Shown one piece after another: positions 18,164 through 28,174 of a stretch of DNA of 64,000 bases (position 1 is the first letter of the stretch; every line of letters starts with the position of its first letter). Location: the NCBI GenBank assembly GCA_910587295.1, contig CAJULP010000088.1:5347-69346 (forward strand). Direction: 5' to 3'. The position numbers were made by a program, and so were the translations under genes. The stretch is from an uncultured Lachnospiraceae bacterium. GTDB taxonomy: Bacteria; Bacillota; Clostridia; Lachnospirales; Lachnospiraceae. The notes under the pieces are model-generated. The model searched no databases and was not told where the DNA came from. It saw only the letters and a program-made list of their open reading frames with translations.

Positions 18164-18628
18164 TCAATCCATCCTTTCCAGCCTTTTCAGCAAAGTTACA
18201 AACAGGGAATTGTTGATCCCTTTTGCCAATTCCTTATCAAGACAATGGACCACATACTCATTTTCTTCCAAAGATACCGTAATGGTTCCCGGCGTTAACG
18301 TGATTGAATTAGCCAGCAGGATCCGCGCAGGCGCTGTCTTTAAATCCGTCCTGAACCTGACCACCACCGGCTCAAGCTCATACCTTGATGACATGATCAT
18401 CTTGATGACCGCAAAATTTGCCTTAATGATCTCTTTGATCAACACAAAGATATATTGAAGGATCAGAAAAAATTTTTTACATAAAAGTACGTCCATCCGC
18501 GGTTTATAATTCATAAATCTGCAGATAAACCAATACATTGCCCCGGAAATCACCGCGCCAAATGCTGCAATTTCCCATGTAAACTGCCCGTTAAAGATGA
18601 TCCATATAAGAAAAAATATCAAATACAC
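18164..18628 (-). CDS. mrpE: MrpE-like subunit
   Basis: It is 154 aa with two N-terminal TM helices. LANSITLTPGTITV is typical of MnhE. It is the first gene of the operon. Confidence 0.7.
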   Translation of the reverse strand: MYLIFFLIWIIFNGQFTWEIAAFGAVISGAMYWFICRFMNYKPRMDVLLCKKFFLILQYIFVLIKEIIKANFAVIKMIMSSRYELEPVVVRFRTDLKTAPARILLANSITLTPGTITVSLEENEYVVHCLDKELAKGINNSLFVTLLKRLERMD

Positions 18629-18664
18629 GATGTTTCCTCCATACCGTATGGAAACAGGTGCGGC

Positions 18665-18985
18665 TTACGCCAACACCTGTTTGATTTTTTCCTGTAATGC
18701 TGTTTTAGAAACTGCCCCTACCACGGTATCCACCGCCTTGCCATCCAAAAACAGGACGAACGTGGGAATTGACATGACCCGGAACATACTTGCCGTCTGC
18801 GGGTTTTCATCTACATTGCATTTTCCTACTTTGCAGGTTCCTTCAAATTCTTCGGAAAGCTGTGCCACAAGCGGCGCCATCATTTTACACGGCCCGCACC
18901 AGTCTGCATAAAAATCCACCAGAACCGGCAGCTTGCTTTCCTTTACCTCTGCGTCAAAATTTCCGTCTGTAATCTTCACTTCCAT
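18665..18985 (-). CDS. trxA: Thioredoxin
   Basis: It carries the WCGPCK active site and has the 106-aa thioredoxin-fold length. Confidence 0.92.
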   Translation of the reverse strand: MEVKITDGNFDAEVKESKLPVLVDFYADWCGPCKMMAPLVAQLSEEFEGTCKVGKCNVDENPQTASMFRVMSIPTFVLFLDGKAVDTVVGAVSKTALQEKIKQVLA

Positions 18986-19021
18986 ATCTTACTCCTTTCC
19001 AATCCCTCGGATTACGCCTTA

Positions 19022-19663
19022 TTAAGGCCTTTTAATAATATATTTATATATAGGGTTCCCAAAAGCTGAAAATTTTTCCTCATACTCCGTCATAATATTT
19101 CCCACTGACATTTTTTCATCATTATGCAGATCATAAGTTACCTTTACCATCTTCCAGCCTGCCCGGTCTGCCTCCTCAATGCCAAACCGGAATAAGCTTT
19201 CATTATCCGTCTTAAATTCCAAAATGCCCTCATCTCTTAAAAAGCACTGAAACCGGCTTAAAAACGCGGCAGACGGCAGCCTTCTCTTTGCATGTCTGTC
19301 TTTGGGCCAGGGGTCTGAAAAATTCAGGTAAATTCTGTCAACCTCCCCATTCCCGAATACTTCGGCAATTTCTTCCGCATCCATGCGGATAAATAAAAGG
19401 TTAGGCAAAGGCTCCTGCTCCATCTTTTGTAATGCCCGCAAAAGTACACTGGAATACTTTTCGATCCCGATGTAATTAATTTCCGGATTTAATTTTGCCA
19501 GTTGAAAAATAAACTTTCCCTTCCCCATACCAATTTCGATCCGGACAGGGTGACTGTTTTCGAATACCTTCTGCCAGTTCCCTTTATACTGCTTTGGGTC
19601 ATGGACTACCATAGGGCTTTGCGCAATCACATCTTTCGATCCTGTAATGTTTCTAAGTCTCAT
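19022..19663 (-). CDS. trmB: tRNA (guanine46-N7)-methyltransferase
   Basis: I trimmed the ORF to ATG 19663 after GGAGGA. IEIGMGKGKF and LNFSDPWPKDRHAKRRL are TrmB motifs. Confidence 0.88.
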   Translation of the reverse strand: MRLRNITGSKDVIAQSPMVVHDPKQYKGNWQKVFENSHPVRIEIGMGKGKFIFQLAKLNPEINYIGIEKYSSVLLRALQKMEQEPLPNLLFIRMDAEEIAEVFGNGEVDRIYLNFSDPWPKDRHAKRRLPSAAFLSRFQCFLRDEGILEFKTDNESLFRFGIEEADRAGWKMVKVTYDLHNDEKMSVGNIMTEYEEKFSAFGNPIYKYIIKRP

Positions 19664-19807
19664 AGTAATCCTCCATGTTTTCAAAAGCCTCTTTGTTCCT
19701 TTGCGGCTATTAGTTTACACCTTCTCACATTTATTTTCAAGAATTTCTGTTTAGCTTTCTTTCAAAATGGTGTATGATATATAAAAATGTCTTTATCGGG
19801 AGTTGTT

Positions 19808-21259
19808 ATGAGTTTATATAAATTTTTTGCCCTTATCCTTATACCAGTGCTTGCACTGTCAAATCCTGCTATAGCCCATGCTGCGCCGGCTGCCTCTGAG
19901 GACGCCCTTTCGGAAGCGGAAGAACGTAAACTTCTGCCTATTGAAAGCAATCAGATTGAAAATTGGCCTGCAGGCCCGGCAATCGGCGCACAGTCCGCCA
20001 TTTTAATGGAAGCAAATACCGGGGTCATCCTCTATGCCAAAAACATTGACGAAAAGCTCTTCCCTGCAAGTACCACCAAACTGATGACCTGCCTGATCGC
20101 TGCCGAAAAATGTCAGCTGAATGAAACAATCACTTTTTCCCATGACGCTATTTTCAGTTTAGAACCTGGAAGCTCCAATATCGGGATTGACGAAGGGCAG
20201 TCTATGCCTTTCGAGGAATGCTTATATGGAATCCTTGTAGCCTCCGCAAATGAAGTTGCCAATGCCGTAGCGGAACATGTTGCAGGAAGCCGGCAGGCCT
20301 TTGCTGATCTGATGAATGATAAAGCAAAGGAACTTGGCTGTAAAAATACACATTTTGTCAATGCCCACGGCTTACATGACGAACAGCATTATACTTCCGC
20401 CTACGATCTGGCATTGATTGGAAAAGCTTTTTTTCAAAATGAACTCCTGTCCAAAATCGGTAACACCGCATCCCATCATTTTGAGGCCACAAGCACCCAG
20501 CCTGATGATTTTTATGAGAGAAACAAGCACCAGCTTATCAGCGGCACAATCCCCTATGAAGGGATCAAAGGCGGCAAGACCGGGTACACGGACGATGCAA
20601 GGCAGACCCTTGTCACCTGTGCGGAACAAAACGGCATGAAACTGATCTGCGTGGTCTTAAAAGAAGAATCACCGGAGCAATTTTATGACACCATCAAACT
20701 TTTTGATTACGGGTTTACCAATTTTTCAGTGGTGGGCGTTGCTGAAAACGAAACAAAATACTCCATACAAAATTCCAACTTTTTTAACACGTCAAGTGAT
20801 GTGTTCGGCAACTCAAACCCTGTTTTATTTCTTAATAAAGACAGCTATCTGATCATGCCCAAAAATATCACCTTTGAAGAAATGGACTCCCGGATATCCT
20901 ATGATACCGCCGGTGAAAACGAAGTGGCTACCATCCAGTATTTTTACCATGGCGCATACTTGGGAACCGCTACTTTAGACCGCGCCGAATCAACACCGGT
21001 CTATTACGAATTTGAAGAAAATACCGATATGGATGGGGAAGTGCCGGAACAAAAGATTATTGTCGTCAATATAAAATTAATCCTGATCGGCATTGCCATT
21101 GCTGCTGCCCTTCTTATCGCTATCATTATGATCCGGTCGATTATCCGCAGTTATAATATCATTGAAAGCAAAAGCGCTGCCCGCAGATGGACACGGAAAA
21201 GAAAACGGAAGGACGGACCTCATTTCCCATCCTCCCGTTTTCGGGGCTATGATCTTTAA
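19808..21259 (+). CDS. D-alanyl-D-alanine carboxypeptidase (S11, PBP5-like) with C-terminal TM anchor
   Basis: It has SxxK (ASTTKLMT), SxN (ASANE) and KTG (GGKTGYT) motifs plus a signal peptide. I prefer ATG 19808 after GGGAG over 19787. Confidence 0.85.
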   Translation: MSLYKFFALILIPVLALSNPAIAHAAPAASEDALSEAEERKLLPIESNQIENWPAGPAIGAQSAILMEANTGVILYAKNIDEKLFPASTTKLMTCLIAAEKCQLNETITFSHDAIFSLEPGSSNIGIDEGQSMPFEECLYGILVASANEVANAVAEHVAGSRQAFADLMNDKAKELGCKNTHFVNAHGLHDEQHYTSAYDLALIGKAFFQNELLSKIGNTASHHFEATSTQPDDFYERNKHQLISGTIPYEGIKGGKTGYTDDARQTLVTCAEQNGMKLICVVLKEESPEQFYDTIKLFDYGFTNFSVVGVAENETKYSIQNSNFFNTSSDVFGNSNPVLFLNKDSYLIMPKNITFEEMDSRISYDTAGENEVATIQYFYHGAYLGTATLDRAESTPVYYEFEENTDMDGEVPEQKIIVVNIKLILIGIAIAAALLIAIIMIRSIIRSYNIIESKSAARRWTRKRKRKDGPHFPSSRFRGYDL

Positions 21260-22209
21260 TCCTGATGCCGGATTTTTTTAATCTTGTGATGCTCCTTTGC
21301 TGCTTCCCTTTTTTGGATGACCTTCTGGCAGTCATCCTCCGAAATAAATTTAGACGTTTTCACCACATAAACAAGATTGTTTTCTGATTTCCGTATCCGT
21401 ATCTTTGACTTCATATGGCCATGGACCGGGCAATGGGAAATACTATAATAATGTTTTCCATTGGGAGAAAACCACCGTATTTTCCTCCGGATATTTTTGT
21501 GGCAGATGTAACATTTTGTGCTGATCACTTCCCGGTCTTCCAATGCGCTTTGTTTATCAGGAAATTCCCTGGAAATATATTTCATGTAATCATGAAACAT
21601 GACATGGATCTCCTCCTGCCTATTTGCCGGAAGAATATATGTGTCTATCGAATAATTTTCCAGCACCGCACCTTTCAGATGAGCTAATATCTTAGCGGTG
21701 TAATAAGCATCGCTAAAGGCCCTGTGAAAAGGGATATCCTTTTTGATATTTAAATAATTTACCGCATACTCCAGGCTTCTCCTGACCTTACTGTCCTCAT
21801 AAGCAATACTGAATAATTTCTGCACATCCAAAAACCGGATTGGTTTATCACTTAAAGGCGGCATATGATAATAATGCATATTCCTTTGTAATTCTAATAA
21901 GTCCATTGTACCCCAAGTGCAAAAAATGTAATCCGTTCCGCACCAGGCTAAAAACGATTCCATAACCTCCCGAAAGGAACGACTTTTTTGCAGATCCTTC
22001 ATATGCAGATGGATCAGGTCACCGGTAATCTTATGCATATGCCGGTACACGGCAGGCTTCACCAGCTCATTAAATTCGCCGATCATCACCCTCCTGCTAT
22101 TTAATTTCACCGCTCCGATATCAATAATTTCAAAAGGAATCTCTTTTACCTTCGGTTCTTCTCCGTCATCGCTTTGATTCCACTCTAAATCCACTATGAT
22201 ATAATTCAT
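21256..22209 (-). CDS. DEDD-type 3'-5' exonuclease domain protein with a Cys/His-rich C-terminal region
   Basis: IIVDLEWN supplies the Exo I D/E residues, and HRAFSDAYYTA the Exo III H...D. The C-terminus has CYICH...HCPVHGH. The start is ATG 22209, because GTG 22218 has no usable SD spacing. Confidence 0.7.
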   Translation of the reverse strand: MNYIIVDLEWNQSDDGEEPKVKEIPFEIIDIGAVKLNSRRVMIGEFNELVKPAVYRHMHKITGDLIHLHMKDLQKSRSFREVMESFLAWCGTDYIFCTWGTMDLLELQRNMHYYHMPPLSDKPIRFLDVQKLFSIAYEDSKVRRSLEYAVNYLNIKKDIPFHRAFSDAYYTAKILAHLKGAVLENYSIDTYILPANRQEEIHVMFHDYMKYISREFPDKQSALEDREVISTKCYICHKNIRRKIRWFSPNGKHYYSISHCPVHGHMKSKIRIRKSENNLVYVVKTSKFISEDDCQKVIQKREAAKEHHKIKKIRHQD

Positions 22210-22342
22210 TTCTAACACATCCTCATTTTATGTTGTACGTCCGAAAAGACGTGTGATATATTCTATCATATTTTCTTTTGCTTCTCCACCAACATTATGC
22301 TAATATGTTACTATTCGCAAATAAACTTTACGGAGGACAGCC

Positions 22343-24082
22343 ATGAAAAACGGAAAATGGAAAAAATTCTTTTCTTATTATAAGCCTTATAAAAAACTGT
22401 TTGCAGCAGATATGTTTTTTGCCTGTCTTGCAGCAGCGATCACGCTGGTGATCCCCCTGATCATCCGCTTTATCACAAACGATGTGATCCACCGGGAGTC
22501 CGGCGAATCGATCCGGCTGATTTTTATGCTGATCGGAGTCATGTTGGTTTTGATTGTCATTGAATTTTACAGTAATTTTTTCATTACCAATTATGGCCAT
22601 ATGATGGGTGCTAAAATGGAATATGATATGCGGAACGAAATTTTCGCCCATTATCAAAAACTTTCTTTCAGCTTTTTTGACAATCAAAAGGTGGGGCAGC
22701 TTATGAGCCGCGTTACCAACGATCTGTTTGAGATCAGCGAACTGTTCCATCACGGCCCGGAGGACATTGTAATCTCTATCATTAAGCTGATCGGTTCTTT
22801 TACTATCCTTTTGACCGTTAACTGGAAGCTGGCTCTTTGCGCCTTTGCCATCGTTCCTATCATGTTGGTCTATGCTTATTACTTTAATGTCCAGATGAAG
22901 CGGATCTTTGTTAAAAACAGGGCAAGGATCGCGGACATCAATGCCCAGATCGAGGATAACCTGTCAGGTATCCGCGTAGTAAAGTCCTTTGCCAATGAAG
23001 AGATTGAAATGGACAAATTTAAGATCGGGAACAACAACTTTTTGGAAAGCAAAAAGGAAAATTATAAGTTTATGGCCTTATACCATTCCGGCCTTACCGC
23101 CTTTACCACGCTGATCACAGTGATTGTTATTGCAGCCGGCGCTATTTTTATCACCAAAAACTTAATCTCCATTACCGATTTGATCACCTTCCTTTTGTAC
23201 ATTAACAACTTTACGGAACCGATCAAGAAACTGATCAACTTTACGGAACAGTTCCAAAACGGTGCGTCTGGCTATACCAGATTCTTAGAAATGTTAAGCA
23301 TACGCCCGGATATTCAGGATAGCCCGGATGCCGTTACATTAAAATCCGCTAAAGGCGATATCCGCTTTGAGGACGTTTCCTTCCACTATGAAGATCATAC
23401 GGAAATGGTACTTTCCGGCTTAAATCTTCATGTACATCCGGGAGAGTACATTGCCCTTGTGGGAACCTCCGGCGTAGGAAAATCAACCCTTTGCAGCCTG
23501 ATTCCCCGTTTTTATGAAGTATCCGGCGGCAACATCACCATTGACGGAACCGATATCCGCAATTTTACGTTAAAAAGCCTTAGAAACTGCATCGGCATCG
23601 TACAGCAGGATGTATATCTGTTTACCGGCAGTGTGATGGATAATATCCGTTATGGACGTCCGGATGCCACGGAAGCGGAAATTGTAGCCGCTGCCCAAAA
23701 CGCCAACGCCCATGAATTTATCATGAACCTGCCTGACGGCTACGACACCTATATCGGACAGCGGGGTGTCAAATTATCCGGCGGACAAAAGCAGCGGCTT
23801 TCCATAGCAAGGGTTTTTTTGAAAAACCCGCCTATCCTGATCTTTGATGAAGCCACCTCGGCTTTGGATAATGAAAGCGAAAAGGTCGTACAAGATTCTT
23901 TGGAGAAACTCTCCAAAAACCGTACCACCTTTGTCATTGCCCACCGGCTTTCCACCATCCGCAATGCGGAAAAAATACTGGTACTTACGGAACACGGCAT
24001 TGCGGAAAGCGGAACCCATGACCAGCTTCTTTCCCAAAACGGGATTTATGCGGAATTATATAATATGCAGTTTTCAAAATGA
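22343..24082 (+). CDS. ABC exporter, fused permease/ATPase (MsbA/multidrug type)
   Basis: There are six N-terminal TM helices, Walker A GTSGVGKST, the signature LSGGQKQR and Walker B ILIFDEATSALD. Confidence 0.9.
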   Translation: MKNGKWKKFFSYYKPYKKLFAADMFFACLAAAITLVIPLIIRFITNDVIHRESGESIRLIFMLIGVMLVLIVIEFYSNFFITNYGHMMGAKMEYDMRNEIFAHYQKLSFSFFDNQKVGQLMSRVTNDLFEISELFHHGPEDIVISIIKLIGSFTILLTVNWKLALCAFAIVPIMLVYAYYFNVQMKRIFVKNRARIADINAQIEDNLSGIRVVKSFANEEIEMDKFKIGNNNFLESKKENYKFMALYHSGLTAFTTLITVIVIAAGAIFITKNLISITDLITFLLYINNFTEPIKKLINFTEQFQNGASGYTRFLEMLSIRPDIQDSPDAVTLKSAKGDIRFEDVSFHYEDHTEMVLSGLNLHVHPGEYIALVGTSGVGKSTLCSLIPRFYEVSGGNITIDGTDIRNFTLKSLRNCIGIVQQDVYLFTGSVMDNIRYGRPDATEAEIVAAAQNANAHEFIMNLPDGYDTYIGQRGVKLSGGQKQRLSIARVFLKNPPILIFDEATSALDNESEKVVQDSLEKLSKNRTTFVIAHRLSTIRNAEKILVLTEHGIAESGTHDQLLSQNGIYAELYNMQFSK

Positions 24083-24090
24083 TATGCCTA

Positions 24091-24133
24091 AAAATAAGCC
24101 CCAAAAGCAAAGCTTATGGGGCTTATTTTATTT
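24091..24133. terminator. Bidirectional intrinsic terminator between convergent genes
   Basis: AAAATAAGCCCC (24091-24102) pairs with GGGGCTTATTTT (24118-24129), with A/T runs on both sides. Confidence 0.7.
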
Positions 24134-24152
24134 CCCCGGAGTAGAAGATACT

Positions 24153-25061
24153 TTATATAAGACACGTCTTCAGCACTTCCTCCAATGCCTCCTTCTCTCC
24201 TTTTGCCGCCCTGATTTCCAGGCTCCAGTCAAGATCCCGGTATTCCACACACCTGTCATCTTCCATGATAAACCTCTGCAGTGCTTCCAACATATCCATG
24301 GTCCATACGGAACTGTCAACCTGAGCGGTAGAATATGTACCATTTTCCAACATTGCAAACCCAAAGATGTCCTTGGCATGTGTTTTTTCGGCACTGTTAA
24401 TGGCCTCTGCCACTAAATGGCTTGGTATAAACAAGACACCGCTTTCCGTTCCCATAACGATATCTCCCGGCAGACAAACGCCCTGTCCGATCCGGCAAGG
24501 CGCATTATAGCCTGTTATGACACATTCCCGGATAGGCGTGGGGTCAATCCCTCTGTAATATACCTGCGTGCCGATTTTTTTCATCTGCTCCACATCCCGG
24601 ATTCCTCCCCAGATCACTGCTCCACCCTGCTTTGTCTGGGCCGAAATGGCTGTCGTCAGATTTCCTCCAATAAAAGTACCGTTAAAGATCTTATCGTACA
24701 TATCAGCCACCAGCACGTCATTTTCCACCAGATTATCCACTACCCATTGGTTACACATTCCCTGCCAGTTTCTTTTGTTCCCTGTTTCTTTCACCACTGC
24801 AGATAAATCCGGCCTTGTAGGTACAAAAGTACATGTCACCGCGCGGCCGATCAGCTTTTTATCCTGATGCAGTATTTTCATATTCCCCTCAAACTGGAAA
24901 TGATATCCTTTTACATATAACGGCAGCCATATTTCTTCCAACGTCATGGTCCGGAGTTTTTCCAGATAAGCATCCGCCACTTTCGGCCTTCCGTCCGCAA
25001 ACCGCTCTCCCTTCCATTCCATGGTCAATTCTATGATCTGTTCCCTGTCATTTAATATCAC
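24153..25061 (-). CDS. RraA-family protein (class II aldolase / oxaloacetate decarboxylase-like), long form
   Basis: VLVADMYDKIFNGTFIGGNLTTAISAQTKQGGAVIWGGIRDVEQM matches the RraA/HMG-aldolase core (G.N....A...G..G.V..G..RD). It is the last gene of the LacI-controlled island. Confidence 0.6.
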   Translation of the reverse strand: MILNDREQIIELTMEWKGERFADGRPKVADAYLEKLRTMTLEEIWLPLYVKGYHFQFEGNMKILHQDKKLIGRAVTCTFVPTRPDLSAVVKETGNKRNWQGMCNQWVVDNLVENDVLVADMYDKIFNGTFIGGNLTTAISAQTKQGGAVIWGGIRDVEQMKKIGTQVYYRGIDPTPIRECVITGYNAPCRIGQGVCLPGDIVMGTESGVLFIPSHLVAEAINSAEKTHAKDIFGFAMLENGTYSTAQVDSSVWTMDMLEALQRFIMEDDRCVEYRDLDWSLEIRAAKGEKEALEEVLKTCLI

Positions 25062-25096
25062 TGCTGCTTCTCCTTGCTCTTTATTTTATCATCCTG

Positions 25097-26326
25097 TTAC
25101 AGTACTCCCGGCGGTGTCCAATATGCCTTTGGCGCCGTCTCCCATTCAGGCATACTAAGCGCATTCGGGTCATACACAATCTCTCCGTTCCGAATTGTCA
25201 TAACACATTCAAAACGCCTATTTCCGTTCATTCTGGTGTGGCCACTGTCCCCATACCCGAATTTTCCTTCCTCTATACGAAGGACTGCCACATCTGCACA
25301 CCCTCCAATCCGTAAGTCTCCCAGTTCTTTATGCCCGATCACTTCCGCAGGCCGTTTCGTCGTCCGATAGACCACCTCCTTAACGGGCATCCCCATGCTC
25401 AGATATTTGGACATCACATGTAAAAGATTGATTACCGGACCTGCTACATTATCCATATACAGATCCGTAGAAATAACGTCAGGATAAAACCCCTGTTGAT
25501 AGGCAGGAATTGCATTTCGAAACCAAAAACTGCCTGCCCCATGCCCAAGATCAAACAAGACCCCTTTCTTTCTTGCATCAATTAAACTGGCATTTACTTT
25601 ACCCTCGCTATCCAGAATTGGAAACTGCTGGGCAAAGACATGCGTATGGATATCTCCCGGCCTTAGCTTTTTCAAGATCAGGTCTTCATAAGTTCTTTTG
25701 GGAAGGTTTGGCTGAAAATCCGCCATGACCGGTTTCCCACATAAATTCCCTGCCTCCAGGGCCTTATCCACAGATTCCCACGGCGGATGTCCTTCATCGA
25801 AAGGAATCCCTACCCAATAATGCGCCGTTTTGATCCCTGCCACAACGCTGTCAAAGGTTTTTGCCATTGCCGCCGCAATTTCAGGATGAAATTCATGGAT
25901 ATCCTGTTCTGTTCCTAAATTGACCATTCCCCCTGAAGCAATGTTGACAAAAGCCAAAATCCGCAGTCTGCTTTTATCAATTACCTGCTCCTTAAACCGG
26001 ATAAAATCCCGGCTCCCGCAGGTTCCTGCATCTACCGCCGTAGTAACGCCGCTCTGAAACATATGGGCTTCCGGATGGATTGTGGGAAGCCCGTCCTGTT
26101 CTAAGGGAAATGAGGGGTAGATATGACAATGCATATCTATAAGCCCCGGTGTCACATAGCATCCATCCACCGAAATCACTTTAGATTCCTTATTTGCGGG
26201 TAAATCCTTTCCTATTTCGACAATTTTTCCGTTTAAAATCCGGATATTGGATTTTTCATGGATATTTTGAGACGGATCCAATATGATTCCGCCTTTTAAT
26301 ATGATCTCTTTCTTATGCTCTTCCAT
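25097..26326 (-). CDS. Amidohydrolase-superfamily metallohydrolase (deacetylase/dihydroorotase-like)
   Basis: It has the GLIDMHCHIY (HxH) metal site and later H and D ligands (IHTHVF, VISTDLY). The start is ATG 26326 after AAGGTGG, and the annotated 26335 start is GTG. Confidence 0.7.
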   Translation of the reverse strand: MEEHKKEIILKGGIILDPSQNIHEKSNIRILNGKIVEIGKDLPANKESKVISVDGCYVTPGLIDMHCHIYPSFPLEQDGLPTIHPEAHMFQSGVTTAVDAGTCGSRDFIRFKEQVIDKSRLRILAFVNIASGGMVNLGTEQDIHEFHPEIAAAMAKTFDSVVAGIKTAHYWVGIPFDEGHPPWESVDKALEAGNLCGKPVMADFQPNLPKRTYEDLILKKLRPGDIHTHVFAQQFPILDSEGKVNASLIDARKKGVLFDLGHGAGSFWFRNAIPAYQQGFYPDVISTDLYMDNVAGPVINLLHVMSKYLSMGMPVKEVVYRTTKRPAEVIGHKELGDLRIGGCADVAVLRIEEGKFGYGDSGHTRMNGNRRFECVMTIRNGEIVYDPNALSMPEWETAPKAYWTPPGVL

Positions 26327-26355
26327 CCCATCCACCTTTCCTATTCTGTTCCTGC

Positions 26356-26826
26356 TTATGGGCGCAGGGCTGCGATCACCTCAATCTCCACCGGAATATT
26401 GCCATTAGGAAGGTTCCTGGTCCCCATAACCGTCCTGGCATGATACCCCCTTTCCTCAAGCACATCCGCAATGGTATCTGAAAATCCGTCAAACACCTTA
26501 TCCACTTCCGTAAATCCTTCTCCACAGTTAACAAGGCCAAAGGCTTTTACAATCCTCTCTACCCGGTCCAAAGAACCAAGAGTGTCTTTAAGCGCCCCTA
26601 ATATGATGATGGCACATTCTCTGGCAGCCGCATAACCTTCTTCCAAAGTAAGGTCTTCTCCTACCCGGCCTTGAAACAAAGCTTTCCCGGTAATCTGATC
26701 CTCAGGCCCATGGCCGGATATATAGATCATGTCGTCTACCTGCCTTAAAAGAACAATCCCTCTTTTTTTCCTGTAAACAGGTTCTATCTCCTGTCCGTCT
26801 TCCATAATCTTATTAATATGATCCAC
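26356..26826 (-). CDS. RidA/YjgF-family protein (long ~155-aa type), copy 2
   Basis: It aligns along its length with the neighbouring copy (GRVGEDLTLEEGYAAAREC.. against GKVGEDLDVETAYKAARLC..). The start is uncertain (GTG 26826 preferred, ORF extends to 26835). Confidence 0.7.
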   Translation of the reverse strand: MDHINKIMEDGQEIEPVYRKKRGIVLLRQVDDMIYISGHGPEDQITGKALFQGRVGEDLTLEEGYAAARECAIIILGALKDTLGSLDRVERIVKAFGLVNCGEGFTEVDKVFDGFSDTIADVLEERGYHARTVMGTRNLPNGNIPVEIEVIAALRP

Positions 26827-26844
26827 TGCTTGCACCCCCTTGTC

Positions 26845-27312
26845 TTATTTCCTGATGCGGACAATTGCTTCCACAACTACCGGTACATTTCCCGGAAGAG
26901 CATAAGCTCCCATGGCCGATCGGGCATGCTGACCCCTTTTTCCGAACACTTCTACCATTAAGTCCGAAAACCCGTTCATGACTGCAGGCTGCTTGGAAAA
27001 ATCCCCGGCACTGTTTACCAGTCCAAGAGCTTTCACGAAATAGTCCACCCTGTCTAACTCCCCAATATGATCTTTTATTGTTGCAAGCATATTCAGCCCA
27101 CAAAGTCTTGCCGCTTTATAAGCAGTCTCTACATCCAAATCCTCCCCCACCTTACCGGTATAAACCGGATTTCCGTTTACATCTACCGGAAGATGTGCCG
27201 AAAGGTACAACATGTCATCCTTTAACACGGCGTCAACAGCTCCTGTTCCTTTCCTGCTGCGAACCGGCAGCGTAATCCCTAACTGTTCTATTCTTTTTCC
27301 TGTTTCACTCAT
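26845..27312 (-). CDS. RidA/YjgF-family protein (long type), copy 1
   Basis: It shows the YjgF/Endoribonuclease L-PSP-like pattern, ending ...HARSAMGAYALPGNVPVVVEAIV. Confidence 0.7.
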   Translation of the reverse strand: MSETGKRIEQLGITLPVRSRKGTGAVDAVLKDDMLYLSAHLPVDVNGNPVYTGKVGEDLDVETAYKAARLCGLNMLATIKDHIGELDRVDYFVKALGLVNSAGDFSKQPAVMNGFSDLMVEVFGKRGQHARSAMGAYALPGNVPVVVEAIVRIRK

Positions 27313-27331
27313 TTTATAATTCCTTTCTTTT

Positions 27332-28174
27332 TTATCCTTTTACCGCCCCGCTGGCAAGCCCTTCCACAAACTGCTTCTGCACCAGCATAAACGCAGCCAC
27401 AATCGGGATTGTGATCAACATTGCCGCCGCCATGGTATCTCCCCAATCCACTTTAAAGAAGGAAGAAAATTCATTTAACGCAATGGGAACGGTGATACTC
27501 TGAGGACTTCTTGTCAGCACATTTGCCAGGGCAAATTCATTCCATGAAGAAATAAACGCATAAATTCCTGTAGCCGCAAGGGCTGGTTTCAGCAGTGGCA
27601 GCAGAATCCTTAAAAGCACCTGCATGGTGGAACATCCGTCCACAATGGCAGCTTCCTCCACCTCTTTAGGTATCCCTTTAAAATACCCTTTTGCCATCCA
27701 GGTAACCAGAGGAAGGCTGATCACAAGGTGAGCCGCCGCAAGCCCAATCTTAGTATCTACCATACCAACTGCATTTTCCATATAGTACATGGGTATCATC
27801 AGCACAGTGAGAGGAAGCATCTGGCTGATCAGCATAAATAGGGATAACAACCTATTTCCCCTGAACTTGAAGCGGGCAAAGGCATAGCCTGCGCTTCCTC
27901 CCAATAAAAGTGCTACAAACGTCGTCATGATTCCAACCAAAAAACTGTTTTTAAACGCATTTGGGATAGAGCTTCCAAACAGGACGTCTTTATAATTTTC
28001 CAAAGTAGGAGAAAGCGGAATCCACCTAGGCGGCTTGGCAAATATTTCCGACCCTTTTTTCATGGATGTTGAAAATACCCATCCAATCGGAAGCAGGGTC
28101 AGTAAAAGTGCCAGAAAAAGAACCAGATAGATGATTCCATTTAAAATTTTTCCGTTTAATTTTTTCCGGTTCAT
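27332..28174 (-). CDS. Carbohydrate ABC transporter permease (MalG-like)
   Basis: It has six TM helices and the EAA loop VEEAAIVDGCSTMQVLLRILLPLLKPAL. Confidence 0.85.
   Translation of the reverse strand: MNRKKLNGKILNGIIYLVLFLALLLTLLPIGWVFSTSMKKGSEIFAKPPRWIPLSPTLENYKDVLFGSSIPNAFKNSFLVGIMTTFVALLLGGSAGYAFARFKFRGNRLLSLFMLISQMLPLTVLMIPMYYMENAVGMVDTKIGLAAAHLVISLPLVTWMAKGYFKGIPKEVEEAAIVDGCSTMQVLLRILLPLLKPALAATGIYAFISSWNEFALANVLTRSPQSITVPIALNEFSSFFKVDWGDTMAAAMLITIPIVAAFMLVQKQFVEGLASGAVKG

Noticed and set aside
23844-24416. 190-aa plus-strand ORF spanning the ABC exporter 3' end, the terminator and the RraA-like gene
   Set aside because: It crosses a strong bidirectional terminator and overlaps two well-supported genes in other frames.
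26813-27103. 96-aa minus-strand ORF overlapping RidA copy 1 in another frame
   Set aside because: It is an out-of-frame overlap with a well-supported RidA gene, and its G/S/C-rich product is implausible.
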